A stretch of 64,000 bases of DNA from Macrostomum lignano. Its lineage: Eukaryota. A program made the position numbers and the translations under genes. Location: the NCBI GenBank assembly GCA_002269645.1, contig NIVC01001124.1, forward strand, positions 1 through 64,000, read 5' to 3'. Position 1 is the first letter of the stretch; every line of letters begins with the position of its first letter. The notes below the pieces were generated by a model. The model saw only the letters and a program-made list of their open reading frames with translations, was not told the origin of the DNA and did not search any database. Shown here one piece after another: positions 38,801 through 51,477 of the stretch.

Positions 38801-40624
38801 TCAAACTTGGCCGCCAGTTCTGCCAGCTGGCGCATCTGGGTGGCCACGTGCGACATCTGCTTGGGCGGCTGGCTCGTTGTCGCATCGTAGAAGCAAGCCC
38901 TGCGGCACTCCCGAATCTCCTTGTTCACCACCCAGATCTGCTGGTCCGTGAGCGCTGCGAGGGCGAGTGTAATATGCTGTGCAAATACACTTCACCAATA
39001 CTGTAACTCCCGCGCCACCGATACTCAATATACTGTCACTCCTGCTCTACCGATACTCAATATACTGTCACTCCTGCTCTACCGATACTCAATATACTGT
39101 CACTCCCGCTCTACCGATACTCAATATACTGTCACTCCTGCTCTACCGATACTCAATATACTGTCACTCCTGCTCTACCGATACTCAATATACTGTCACT
39201 CCCGCTCCACCGATACTCAATATACTGTCACTCCCTCTCCACCGATACTCAATATACTGTCACTCCCGCTCCACCGATACTCAATATACTGTCACTCCCT
39301 CTCCACCGATACTCAATATACTGTCACTCCCTCTCCACCGATACTCAATATACTGTCACTCCTGCTCTACCGATACTCAATATACTGTCACTCCCGCTCC
39401 ACCGATACTCAATATACTGTCACTCCTGCTCTACCGATACTCAATATACTGTCACTCCCGCGCCACCGATACTCAATATACTGTCACTCCCGCTCCACCG
39501 ATACTCAATATACTGTCACTCCCGCTCCACCGATACTCAAAATACTGTCACTCCCACGCCACCGATACTCAAAATACTGTCACTCCCGCTCCACCGATAC
39601 TCAAAACACTGCCAATTCTCTACCTAACGTACTTTTTAAATAGTGTTAGTCAATCTCAGTCAAACAGATTGGCCTTACATTTGTCCAAATTGCGAACCCG
39701 TTCCAAACTAGCCAGATAATCGGCATCCTGATAGCACTCTTGTAGGTGCATTCGCAGTTTCACTATCAAACTGTCCACTAATCTGGCATAGGAGCTGGCC
39801 AGATCGCTCTGTTCGAGGGTCACTGCCAACTGGCCGGCCCAAATCAGTTCCAGCAGGCGGCAGCGGTGCTGCAGAAGCGGCCGGACCAGCCGATCGAAGG
39901 TTGCCGCCTCCGGCGCCGACGGATCGTCTGCTTCTGCCGCAGGGAAACGGTGCAGGAGAGCGGCTAGTGTGGCATTTTTCTGATTTTTTGACTGGTTAGG
40001 GATTGATAAACATCCCTCACGACTGATTAGATAGGATTAAACATCCCTCACGACTGATTAGATAGGATTAAACATCTCTCATGACTGATTAGATAGGATT
40101 AAACATCTCTCATGACTGATTAGATAGGGTTAAACATCTCTCATGACTGATTAGATAGGGTTAAACATCTCTCATGACTGATTAGATAGGGTTAAACATC
40201 ACTAGATGTAAGTAGGCAAGAGAGCCATCATACCAGAGGAGCCAACAGCGGCATCCAGCAGCTGGTCGTGCAGAGTGGCGCCCGCCTGCAGCTCCCGGTG
40301 CACCCTGTCGTAGTAAGCCACCCAGTCGATACTGTCGACTCTTACTAATCGGCTATTATCGCTAATGTCAACAAACAGACAATCGTCCGACAATTGCTGC
40401 CTAGGCACGTCTGGTATTCGAATATAAACGGGCACTTCCCGGCGCTCGTGCCGGAAAGCCGGATAGACAGACTCGGGTAGCACGTGTTTCAGCCATTGCC
40501 TACCGCTGGCTGAGCTGAGGTGCCGAGCCTGTACCAGTAGATGATGCGAACGCGTCTGCGGAAATCTTCCAGTAAGGCCGCCGCAGGCGCCACAGAATAG
40601 CAACTGTTTGGCAGCTCTAAGCAT
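34959..40624 (-). CDS. Peptidase M3 (oligopeptidase A-like) family protein, probably catalytically dead, 5 exons: 40624-~40234, 39979-39679, 38954-38440, 36902-36477, 35687-34959
   Basis: M3A-like segments: TFDRLVRPL, LQPWDWEYWQRR, FDLIRQLFGLSFE...HHNAEVFDL, C-terminal GARFRDSFL...EAYRRFCGRDP. The N-terminus is Arg/Leu/Ser/Ala-rich and resembles a mitochondrial presequence. Junctions 2-5 are phase-consistent. Junction 1 is off by 1 nt (possible A-homopolymer error or a different donor). Confidence 0.75.
35790..36468. repeat. GACA-rich compound minisatellite, M3 intron 4
   Basis: Direct inspection. Confidence 0.92.
36925..38412. repeat. 33-bp minisatellite (36925-37480) grading into a 68-bp minisatellite (37480-38412), M3 intron 3
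   Basis: Periods measured from recurring words; the 68-mer contains a diverged 33-mer. Confidence 0.95.
38990..39605. repeat. 32-bp minisatellite (tatactgtcactcctgctctaccgatactcaa), M3 intron 2
   Basis: About 19 copies. Confidence 0.96.
40003..40200. repeat. 31-bp minisatellite, M3 intron 1
   Basis: About 6 copies of aaacatctctcatgactgattagatagg(a/g)tt. Confidence 0.93.
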
Positions 40625-43600
40625 GTGTAGCCAGCAATGCCTGCTCTAGCATGCAAGAAGGACAAGCAAAATTAAACTGGCTTGGCTTATTGCAGTTTTA
40701 AAAAAGATTCAATAAGGTTGATAATGCTTTCATTTGTTATCTTAATCTATATCACTCATTAACAGATCTTATTTTCACTTATTGTACAAGAAGAATGGCT
40801 AGTACTGTATTTATCATAACTTTAGCCCCTACCACCCCATCTGCACAAAATCAAGAGCCCGGGGACTTAAGAGCTTCTCCTAGGCCCCTTGCATTGAAAG
40901 TGAAAATATTCATCTTAACTTTAGCTCCCACTACCCCATTTCAGAATGTGTACATGACATTGAAAATCACTGTTGCTTGAGTCTGTGACCCTAGGGACTT
41001 AGGAGCTAGCTCCCCTATTAGAACTTTGAAACTTGCAACATTAATTCATGGCTCCAATGATATTTTAAGTCTGTATCACTAGATATTCCAAGCCAATATT
41101 ACTAGATATGGGAAATGTGTTCTTTGTAAAACCAATTTTGCCTAAAAGCCTCCATATCAATACTTTCCCATAGCTATCTATATCTATAGCTATAGCAGAA
41201 CTCCAATTCAATCCAATATATATTCAATTTTTTTGAAACCCTTAGCAAAATTAAACCAAGTAAGGCCACCACAGTTTGCTGCAATTTAGGCCCCTTCTAA
41301 TATTAGACATAAATTAAACAAAAAGGCATAACAAAATTATAATACAAGAATTCTAGTTGGTCTAACAAATTATAAGAGCTGATTAAGGTAATTTGACCTT
41401 TTAGCACAATCATAATATGGCTTAAGATCTTAAATCTAATATACTAAATTATTTTTAAAGATTGTTATATTATCAAGAACTGACTAGACAAATTCAAAGA
41501 ATCATCACTGAAAAGACTTTCAATTTCAGCAATTTCAGCTTATAAACTATGCAATTGTCTATAGTGATCATACAGTTATATATAAGCCAGACTAAAGACA
41601 ATATACATGTATACCAAAAATACTGGTATATAGAGAGATCTGGCATATATCATTGGCATACAAATTAGCCTAGCATATCCCTTGCTATATAGTTTGCCAT
41701 ATAGAGATTACCAAGACAATAGCTAGGACTAACTTACAAGTCCCAATCAATATACAACAGGGCAGGGCTTAACAAACTCTGGCTTGTATCATTCTTGTAT
41801 CAGTTTTAACTATGGGGTTGTTGGTTATATTTGCTTTAATCCTTTAAAATTGTCATTTATAGCCTAGCCAAAATTTGTTGTATACATGTATTTTTTGGCT
41901 TGCCACCTTAGACAGTCTTCTAATCTAGCCTAGTCTATCTGAAAAGTTTGCCAATACCTGTTATACAGTGTAGTTGGCATACAAAAATGACCAAGTTCAA
42001 GTTTGGTATATTCTTTATATACATAGATATAGTAGCTAAACTTTGATCAAAAGGACTAATAATGCAAAAAGCTAGCTACCAAAAATTAACAAAATACTAA
42101 ATTGAAAATTGTGTTTGGCTTTATCAAGATATTATTTGAAAATAATACAAAAAATAGGAAAAACTGTAATTTTATACACACAGTTTAGTTAAATATTAGG
42201 CCAGTTTAATTAACATTTTTTGCGAAGATTTAAACTTTGTAAGCATAAATTTAGGTTGTTATTTTTTATTTGTCTTAGCATATTTTTAGGCCTATACAAT
42301 ATAAGTCCATTGGCATATATTGACATATAGAAGCTATTGATAGATTGAAATTAGATTTCAATTTCAATATTCCAAATTTTGCATTGAAATAATTTCAATT
42401 TCAGTTTTAAATTCTAACACTATTCATCAAAAATTATTTCAAAATTTTGGTTATACTTTAACAATTAGGCATTTATAAATATATTTTATATTTACAAATA
42501 AGAAAATCTATAAAAAGTAAAAAGAAGCATAGTTTGAAGACTCAATAAAGAGATAAAAATTGTTTTTTTTTCTGCAAGAAAAGATTGTGCAATGTTTGCA
42601 CATTGTTCTACACCTTGTGTTGCACTTATCTTAACTTCTATAGAAGCCTACTGGCTGAACTCATTGAGTATAGATTTTAATTGGCTAAAGATTTTGAGGA
42701 AAGCTGTAATGAAATTAGTTTATTTTGATCACCAGATTAAATGACAATAAATAATAATACACTTTCTATTCTAAGTAGGCCTTTAATATATAATGTAGAC
42801 TAGCTTTTTCTATTTTATAATTTTTAAATAAGCCTAAAACAAGTAATTTCAAGTATTTAGGTTTAATCACCTAAGATATTTTATAAAAATATAGGCTTGT
42901 ACATGTAGACCATATTGTAGATCATGTTACATGTATGCTGGAAAGTATTTGGCTATTTAGTAAAGTGTATGCTAGTAAATTACACTAATTAAGCATTCTA
43001 GTAAATTGTATGCCACTAAAAATTGTGTGATTAAAGAGCACATAACCAATTCAACAAGTGATAGATGCACGCAGCAAAAATTGCTGCAAAAAACAAAACC
43101 TATATTATTTAAAAAACAGAAATTATTAATAAAACAAAATTGTTCTATATACTATTGTTTTAGGTATATTTTTTACTATTAACTATAGAAACTATAAGTA
43201 TATTATTTAAGAAATTAATTTATTGCCAAAAAATTTAAAATTAATTTTACTACAGCAAAGCCAAAGGATTCTTTAGTGTAATTTATGCAATTATAACATA
43301 TACTTGAATGCTTTTGTACACTGCACCACAAGCTGGAACATGTATAGTTTTAAATTATAAGCCGATGATTGTGCCAGAAAGTTGTATTTCCTCCTTGTAC
43401 ACTACATATACACTAGCTAAAGCATTTGTACACCAGAATTTTCTGGCATATATTACACCTTCCGCAGTATGGCATGTAGATGCAAGTCATTAAACTTTCA
43501 TTGTATAATTAGCAAAAATTCAAAAGTTTGTTTAGGCCTAATTCAAAAAATTAGATTTAGATTATCATTTTTTAAAAGCCAAAAATTTTTTATTTCATAA

Positions 43601-46600
43601 CAAAAGTTTTGATCCATACTAATAGAAGCTAAAGAAGTAAATTTTATTCTAGCATACATTAATTAGCACATGATCTTGACACTAGGTCCTTTAGTATATA
43701 ACACAAAAATTGACAATAAAGGTCTATATATATATATATATCCTTATATTGTATAAATTCTATGCTACTGTTTATGGTCAAGAGTCAAGACCAGATCATT
43801 TTTACTCAATGGCAAACTTTAGCTAGAATTTAGTTCAAAGTTTTAAATTAGAAATAATTTTTAGCTAAAATTTCTAGCTAAGGCCGATTTCTATAGCAAA
43901 AAAATCCAAGCTTTCTGGTGAGGTACATATAAACCTATGAATTACTAACAGTCATGACTATCATTTCTCTATCCCTATTATCCCTATTAACGGTTATACT
44001 TAACATTTATTTTATTTCATTCTTAGTTGATCTAGAAAGCCTAGACCTTTATTGCTATATTTATACAGGGCCATTCTCGATTCTTTTATAAAATTGATAA
44101 TCATATAATTCATTTTGAATGCGTGCCAAATCTAGGAAAACACATTGTTATAATATATATTTTTCATAATATTTTACGCGAACTAATTTTTGTTTAAACT
44201 AGTAGTAAATTTTAGTATAAATAGAAGCATTTTTGGCAGAGGAGAGACCAAACTCATGCATCGCGATTCGATAATAAGACAGTTAATAGCAAATAGTAAG
44301 AGTTCCGAGTAAATGTTATTGAAGATTGTTTTCCAAGTTATTCATTTGCAGAAGAGAAGTGAAGTAGCAGAGAACACATATAGTATATACTACTAAGAAG
44401 TAGAAATAGTAAGAGAATACAAAGTAGATCCTAAATCAATATATATTAAAATAACCAGAGGCTATGACCCTTTGATCTTGGTAACACCTAGTCCTAGGAT
44501 TGGAAGTACATGTAATACATATACCAGTAAGCCAATATACTGCTCAGGCCAGAATAACAGTAAACGCTACTAGAAAAAAAGTAAATGCTATCGGAATAAC
44601 AAGATAACGATACTTGTAAGGGTTAAATAGCGTTCTAAGAACAATATACTCAGACAAATTCTCAAATATACTCAGACAACTACTCAGATATATACTCAGA
44701 CTAATTCCAAGAAACATTTCTCAGACTTATTCTAAGATTAATAAACTCAATTTATTAATAGAATAGTCTTGGTGGCAGCTACCAACATTAGAACAATTTA
44801 TAAAGACAGAAGTCAAGCCCGGTAACAACTTTGGTGACATTGTGGAATCATTTGTAGAGACAGAAGTAGAACCCCCTAGCACAACTTTGGTGGCTAACCA
44901 GTGTGATTTTAAATTGTACAGGAACATGCTAGCACATATTTAAATATATAGGCCTATATAAAAGCAACTATATTATAGTTTATAGATATAACCTTAGTCA
45001 TGCACTTGACAATAAAAATTTTATTAAAGTTTTGCCTTAAGATTTCTACAAAAGAAAAACCTACTATTAACAGAATTAGGCAATGATGTAGTCCTTTTAA
45101 TATTCTTTTCTAGGCAATTCTAAGCAATAGAATAAAAGGTGGCTTTGGTTTTGAGAAAACTGTATGTTTGTATATACCATATCACTCGGTTCAAGTCGCT
45201 CAACTATATATATCCAAAATTAATTGATATATGCCGTCGGAGGATATGACGTTGAGGATCTGTTGTTCACATAACTGCCTATATGCCTATGCAATAACGC
45301 ATTCGAAGAAAGCGTAGGTTAATTAGGTATTAAACCTTTTTTAAATTTACAATTTAACTCTTATTTTGACCAATTAAACAAACGAACTTTTTTTAAATTA
45401 CAATTTAGTGTAGACACAACCCATGTAACCCTTTTTATTAAAATTACTAACAAAATTGAGTCTAAAGTGCAAAATTACCAGAAATGGGACTTTTTTTCAC
45501 AACAAATCCATCTGAAATTGAAACGAACAGAAATAATTGGCAAAACATCTTGATCGAATGCATCAGAGGAATTCTGAAATGTAAACAGCAGTAAAAACAA
45601 CAAAAATGTGATAACTACACCATTCTGTGGCTCTGTGCACTCATGCATGATGCGCCGTCTAGATATTACATATATTGGATCGAGCTGTGCGCGATTGATC
45701 AGAGCTTATAAATTTGATCGGCCCGTGATGAAATCATAGCCACCGCATCTTGCGACGTGAAATATTCTTAACTACAACAACAAAAACAAAATACTTTTCC
45801 CGCCAGCCACTCAGTCGCCAGAAAGGGGGAGAAGTCAGAGAGCACGTTGTTGGGACATTTAGAGCTCCTAAAATTAATTTATTTGCACCTTGGTGAAGTA
45901 AATGCCACTACCTCCAAGTGGTCAGGGCATGAGCCGCGCTTAACTGCTGCGGCGGCCCAACAGCGGCAGGACCAAGCTGGGGCAGCGGAGCGAGCGTCGG
46001 CGTGTTGAGCGTCGGCGTGAGCAAAATCGGCGCGGTCGGCAACGTGGTGCTGCTCGTTGAGCTGCTGCCGCTCTTGCCCATACGGATCCTCTGGGTGGCG
46101 CCAGGGACCGAGAGGCTCATTTACATCGAGCCCCAGCCGTACGACAGGGCACGCTTCGGGTCGGGACCCTGAACTGCCACACTCTCAAGGCCGCCTGGCG
46201 GAGAGGGGCTCTGGCAAAGCTAGCGCTCGACCTAAGCAGTGACGTCATCACACTGCAGGAGGTGTCTATCAAGACTGACCAAGGCTTCACTTTGAGGATC
46301 TGGGCGCCGGATGGACCCTCTATTACACATCGGCGGACCAACGAGGCCGTGGAGGAGTTGGAGCGCTGGTTGGACCGAGGCTGCAGCAGAGCTGTCGCTG
46401 CGTCTCTAGCTGTCCCCTCGGCTGCTCCGGGTCGACGTTTGGCTTCGCGGCCGGAACGCTCGCCTGTTCTGCGCATACGCGCCTCCTGCCACCCGACCTG
46501 ACGAGGCTCAAGAATTCTTTGAGCAGCTCTCGGTACAGGTAGAGGTAACGGCGCAGCGCGACACAGTGATAATCCTCGGAGACCTGAACGCGGTTTTGCG

Positions 46601-46883
46601 TAGGTCCGAGCGGTCACTTTTCGTCACACCGCGGGAGAACGGAAACACCGGAGAGCTAGAGGACTTCCTAGAGAGGCAGGACATGGTGTCGGCCAACACC
46701 CGCTTCCGCAAGCCGCTGGGCAGGCTCGCAACTTTTGTGGGCTGCAAGCGCAGGCGGAGGAACGCGCGTGGCCGGAACGCAACACGGAGGCAGGCACAGA
46801 TCGATCATGTGCTGGTGTGCTTCCGCGAGCGCCGCCGCGTCGTCAATTGCCACGCCATCACACCGCTGGCTCTGCGTTCCGAT

Positions 46884-49221
46884 TGTCGTATCGCGTGACT
46901 CAGCGGGTGTACATTGAGTACAATCGCTGTTTTATTTTATTGATGGACTGACAATGCTTCATTGAGCGTGACTAGTGTGTGCGTTATTGGAAAACCCTTG
47001 TGCTTTTATGCATCAATTATTCTTACGTTCGCTTGTACCAAAAATATAAAAGTCGTCTAGTGAGCTCAGAGCTCAATACTTTTTGATTTCTCGCACTAAC
47101 CACTATAGAGCTGTTTTAGTGGCGACGAGGATTGTGGCTGAGCAATGCCTAACCACGCAATCGGAGAATATGAGGACTCCGAGGAAACCTGGGATGAGTA
47201 CCAGGAGCGTCTGGAGCAACATTTCCTGGTACAGGACATCACCGACGAAAGTAAAAAGAGGGCCACCCTGCTGAGCGTCTGCGGTAGGAAAACCTTCTAG
47301 TTGGCCAGAAGCCTCTGCTCTCCAGCCAAAGTCGCGGACAAATCCTATGCCGAAATATGCGAGCTGCTGAGCGCTCATTTCAACCCAAGGCCGAGTGAGA
47401 TCATTCAGAGGTTCCACTTCAATAACCGAGTTCAGCGCCCTGGAGAGTCGGTGGCAGAGTTCCTTGCGGAGCTGCGGAAGCTGGCGGAGTTCTGCAATTA
47501 CGGCGGCAGCCTGTCTGACATGCTGCGCGACAGGCTGGTGTGCGGCATTGCGGACCAGCAAATCCAGCGCCGGCTCCTGATGGAGGCCGAGCTGACCCTC
47601 GAAACTGCCAAACAGATCGCGCAAGCGGGCGAGTCAGCAGCAAAAAACTGTCAATCGCTGGGCTCAGCAGAACCTGCGACAGCGACATCGGCATCGTCAG
47701 CGACAGAGAGCGACTCCGTGCTTCGAATGGAACGACAGCGAGCGCAAGACAGCCGTCAGTCTGGAACAGAAGGCCGGCGGCTCTGTTTCCGCTGCTTGTA
47801 GACTCGCCATCCGGCAGCCATATGTCCATTCGCGGACAAACGCTGTTTCAACTGCAGCAAAATTGGGCACACCGCGAAGGCATGCAAGGCGGGGACACAG
47901 CACCAGCCAATGCACCAGCTGGTTGACCAGCAGCCTTCAGACAGCAGCTCAGCTCAGGCCGCCGAGCCGCCCAGCCCAGCCGAGGTCGCTTATCCCTTCT
48001 GGGTGCTGACCGATCGCAGGCCAGGTTTCCTCCAATCGTGACCTCTGTCTTCATCGAGGAGAAGCGATTCGAGATGGAGGTAGACACGGGGGCATCCGTA
48101 TCGCTGATGTCCGAACGTACATTCAAGGAAAACCTGGGAAGCCGATGTCTCTGTCTGCGTCAACGGTTCAGCTCAGTACGTACACCGGTCAAACCGTCCG
48201 TGTCCTCGGTCAGCTCTTCGTACGCGTGCGAGCTTCGCAAGGTTCGGCCGAGGAACAGCTGCCGCTGCTTGGTTGTCGCCGGTTGTGGTCCGAGCCTCCT
48301 TGGTCGAGACTGGCTAGACCGCCTGCGGCTGGACTGGCAATCTATCAAGCGGATGGAAGAAGCTGATGCAGCCAAGGAGTTGCTACAGGAGTTCTCAGAA
48401 GTCTTCCAAGGTCTGGGCGAGTTCAGCGGCAAGCCGGTGTCCATCAGTCTGAAGGAGAACGCCAGACCAAGGTTCTGAAGGGGGGGGGGCGGTACCGTTT
48501 GCGCTGCGCGAGAAGGTTGAGCAGCAGCTGCAGAAGGAAATCGACCAAGGAATCCTGGTGCCGGTCAAAAATTCCGACTGGGCGTCCCCGATCGTGCCGG
48601 TAATGAAGTCCGACGGCAGCGTGCGCATCTGCGCTGATTTCAAGCAGTCGGTCAACGCAGCTATCCGGCCTGAGGCTTACCCGCTGCCGAACATCGACGA
48701 GCTGTTTTCACGCTTGGCTGGCGGTAAGAAGTTCTCAAAACTGGATCTGAGCTAAGCATTTTCGCAGCTTCCCCTGGATGAGGATGCTCAAGAGCTCTGT
48801 ACCAACAACACCTCGCTGGGACTTCTTCGCTACACCCGTCTGCCTTTCGGCGTGTCGATCGCCCCCAGCGTGTTTCAGCGGGTGATGGACAGCTTACTGC
48901 AAGGAATTCCGCACTCTGCATCCTTCATCGATGATGTCATCATCACAGGCGAAGACGACGCCAGTCACCTCCGCAACCTGAGAGCAGTTCTGAAGGTCTT
49001 CAAGGAGTCCGGGCTGACCTGCAAGCTCGCTGTTTTATTTTATCGATTGACTGACAATGCTTCATTGAGCGTGACTAGTGTGTGCGTTCTTTTAAAACCC
49101 TCGTGCTTTTATGCATCAATTATTCTTACGTTCGCTTGTACCAAAAATATAAAAGTCGTCTAGTGAGCTCAGAGCTCAATACTTTTTGATTTCTCGCACT
49201 AACCACTATAGAGCTGTTTTA
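46884..49221 (+). mobile_element. Internally deleted Gypsy/Ty3 LTR retrotransposon (gag, protease, partial RT)
   Basis: 5-bp TSD CCGAT (46879-83 / 49222-26). The 5' LTR is 46884-47118 and is followed by PBS tggcgacgagg. The 3' LTR (49027-49221) lacks its first ~40 bp. Gag zinc knuckles, protease EVDTGAS, RT WASPIV, RLPFG and FIDD are present. RNase H and integrase are deleted. Confidence 0.92.
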
Positions 49222-50418
49222 CCGATCATCGACTCGTCGTCTGCGACCTTCGTCTTCGCGATCTGCTCTACCGTCCGCCGAAGCGGCCACCGCGGCGCTA
49301 TTACCGGGCGCTCAAGGATGCCAACACGCACAGCCGCTTTGCTAGCGCTTTCATCACTGCGCTCGACGGTAAGCGTGGAGGTGCCGAGTACGCGGAGGTG
49401 TGCGCTGCAGTTCGAGCCGCCGCGGAACAAGCAGTCCCGCTGATGCGACCGGCCCAGCGGGAGCAGCCGGAATGGCAAGACGACCGACCCCGCGATTCGG
49501 CTAGCGAGGGAAGAGCTAGAGACACTCCGTTTGAGCAGGCGACCAACACGCGAGGCAGAGGAGGCCTTGGCGGCTGATGCCAGAGGCCGCGTGGCCTGGT
49601 CGGCTATCAATGCTCTGACGGGGCGAAAGCGGCGCATTCCGCTAAACCTGGCAGGCGACTCCGAGGACGAGCGCAGAAATGAGCTGCGTGAGTTCTTCGC
49701 CGCCATTGTCAACGCGCTGCCACCCCCGCTGCCAGACAGTCTGACGCTGCCGCCGGAGATGCCGTTGCCGGCAGAGGAGAGCTTCAGCCTAGCACCAGTC
49801 AGCCCAGCCGACGTTGTGAGGCTCGCCAACAGTCACTGGGCGGGAAAGCGCTGGGTCCGGAAGAGGTGCCCATCGAGGCGCTGCGCATCCACTGTGGGGC
49901 CAGTGAGGTCGCCAGAGTGATAAATCGCGTGCTCTTCGGTGAGGAGGCACCCAACGAATGGACCATGGCGCACATCGTCGCAGTTCCCAAGAAGCCGGGC
50001 ACCACGAGGCTTGAGAAGAATCGAGGTATCTGCCTTTAGTCCTGCGATGTGAAGTTGTTCAACCGGATGCTCGGATACGCCAGTCGATCCTGATTGTTAC
50101 CTTCATCGATTTTAAGAAGGCATTCGACTCGGTCGTCAGGTCTGTGCTCCCAAACGTACAACGTGTCAGAGCAGCTAATTTCCGCCATCATGGCGATGTA
50201 CTGTGATAGGAAAGCTTCTGTTTCAACACCGGAGGGCCTATCGGACTTCTTTGAGACATCCTCCGGGGTGATTCAGGGAGATCCGCTTGCGCCGTTCCTG
50301 TTTGTTCTGGTGCTTGACTGGGTGCTGCGGACTGCTCTTCTTACCAACGACGACGGCTTTCTGTTGCGGCGACGCGTGGGTCGACGTCAACCGGAGAGGC
50401 GGCTCAGCGTGCTTGGCT

Positions 50419-50471
50419 CAAGGACAACTTAAGTAGATATACGAGCGTATATGTTACTTGAGTAGTCCTTG
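50419..50471. mobile_element. 53-bp TIR mini-element (hAT- or P-like) with perfect 8-bp TSD
   Basis: TSD gcttggct at 50411-18 and 50472-79; 17-bp TIRs caaggacaacttaagta / tacttgagtagtccttg match 15/17. Removal restores LSVLGYTDDL. Confidence 0.88.
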
Positions 50472-50665
50472 GCTTGGCTACACCGACGACCTCGCCCTGC
50501 TGTCCTCAACTGTCGAGGGCGCCCAGCGACAACTGGACAAGCTAGTTGCTGTTGCAGTGAGTGTCGGCCTTGTGGTCAACACGCAGAAGACCGTCGTGCT
50601 TTGCGTGCCGGACAACATCGAGGCAGCAATTTTGTTCCGAGGCGCTGATGGACAGGCGACAGAGT

Positions 50666-50891
50666 GTTGTATATTGACAGAGAACACACTTGGCGCAAAG
50701 ACACAGTATGCCCCGAGTCGATTGTTTTGTTGTCTAGGGCACAATCTATTATTTTATAATAAAGTAGTTACGACACGAATCCCAAGAGGAGTTAATCAAG
50801 CGGAGCAATACGAAAGCTCGAACCGCTGAAGTGAACTTTTGTCTTCCTTACTTAAATGTAGTAGCTCCAGGTCGGAGTAGAAGACGTAACA
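50666..50891. mobile_element. Solo LTR (226 bp)
   Basis: TGTT...AACA termini and a 5-bp TSD cagag (50661-65 / 50892-96); removal rejoins the LINE RT sequence. Confidence 0.85.
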
Positions 50892-51477
50892 CAGAGCTTC
50901 CGTCAGCAGTTCGTCGACCTCTGCTGTCTGGTTCCCGGCGTCCGCGAGGATTTGCGGCGTCGCCGCAGGCTTGCCTGGGCTGCCTGTGAGGGCAGTCCTG
51001 CAGTCTTACCTGACCGCCAGAGGGCGGCGATGTTCCAGGCGGTGATCGAGACTGTCCTGCTGTACAACGCCGAGACCTGGACGCTGACGGAGTCGCTCGA
51101 GCAACAAGTTGACGCGGCGCACGCTGGCCTGCTGCGTGCCGCCTTCAAGATCGGCTACGAGCGAGTGACCAACGCGGCTTTGTATCTCCGCGCCGGCCTG
51201 GTCCGTCCAAGCGACCTGCTGCGCCGTCGGCGACTCCAGCTGGCAGGCCGGCCACATCATCCGCGCCAAGTCGTACTGCCCAGAGCCGGTGCAGGAGGTG
51301 CTGCTGCTAACCCTGCAGGCACCCTACCGGCGGGGGCAGGCGCGCACTCGGCGTTTCGTCGACTGCCTACTGGCTGACGCCGGCGCCCCGGATTCGGGCG
51401 GCGGCTTGGCGTTCATTGGCGACCTGGCCTTGAACCGCGCCCTGTGACGCTAACCTGCGTATTCTGTTGTAGAGCCC

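Larger units (their letters stand above)
46140..51450 (+). mobile_element. Degenerate non-LTR retrotransposon (APE endonuclease + RT, RTE-like), interrupted by three insertions
   Basis: APE motifs GTLNCHTL, DVITLQEV, IILGDLNA, IDHVLV and SDH (split by the Gypsy insertion). RT motifs VPKKPG, DFKKAFDSV, GVIQGDPLAPFLF and LGYTDDL. C-terminal LLYNAETWTLT. Stops and frameshifts are present; the clade assignment is approximate. Confidence 0.85.

Noticed and set aside
44200-44930. Hydrophobic minus-strand frames suggesting a NUMT or membrane-protein exon
   Set aside because: Multiple TAG stops remain even under invertebrate mitochondrial codes, and no family motif is recognisable.
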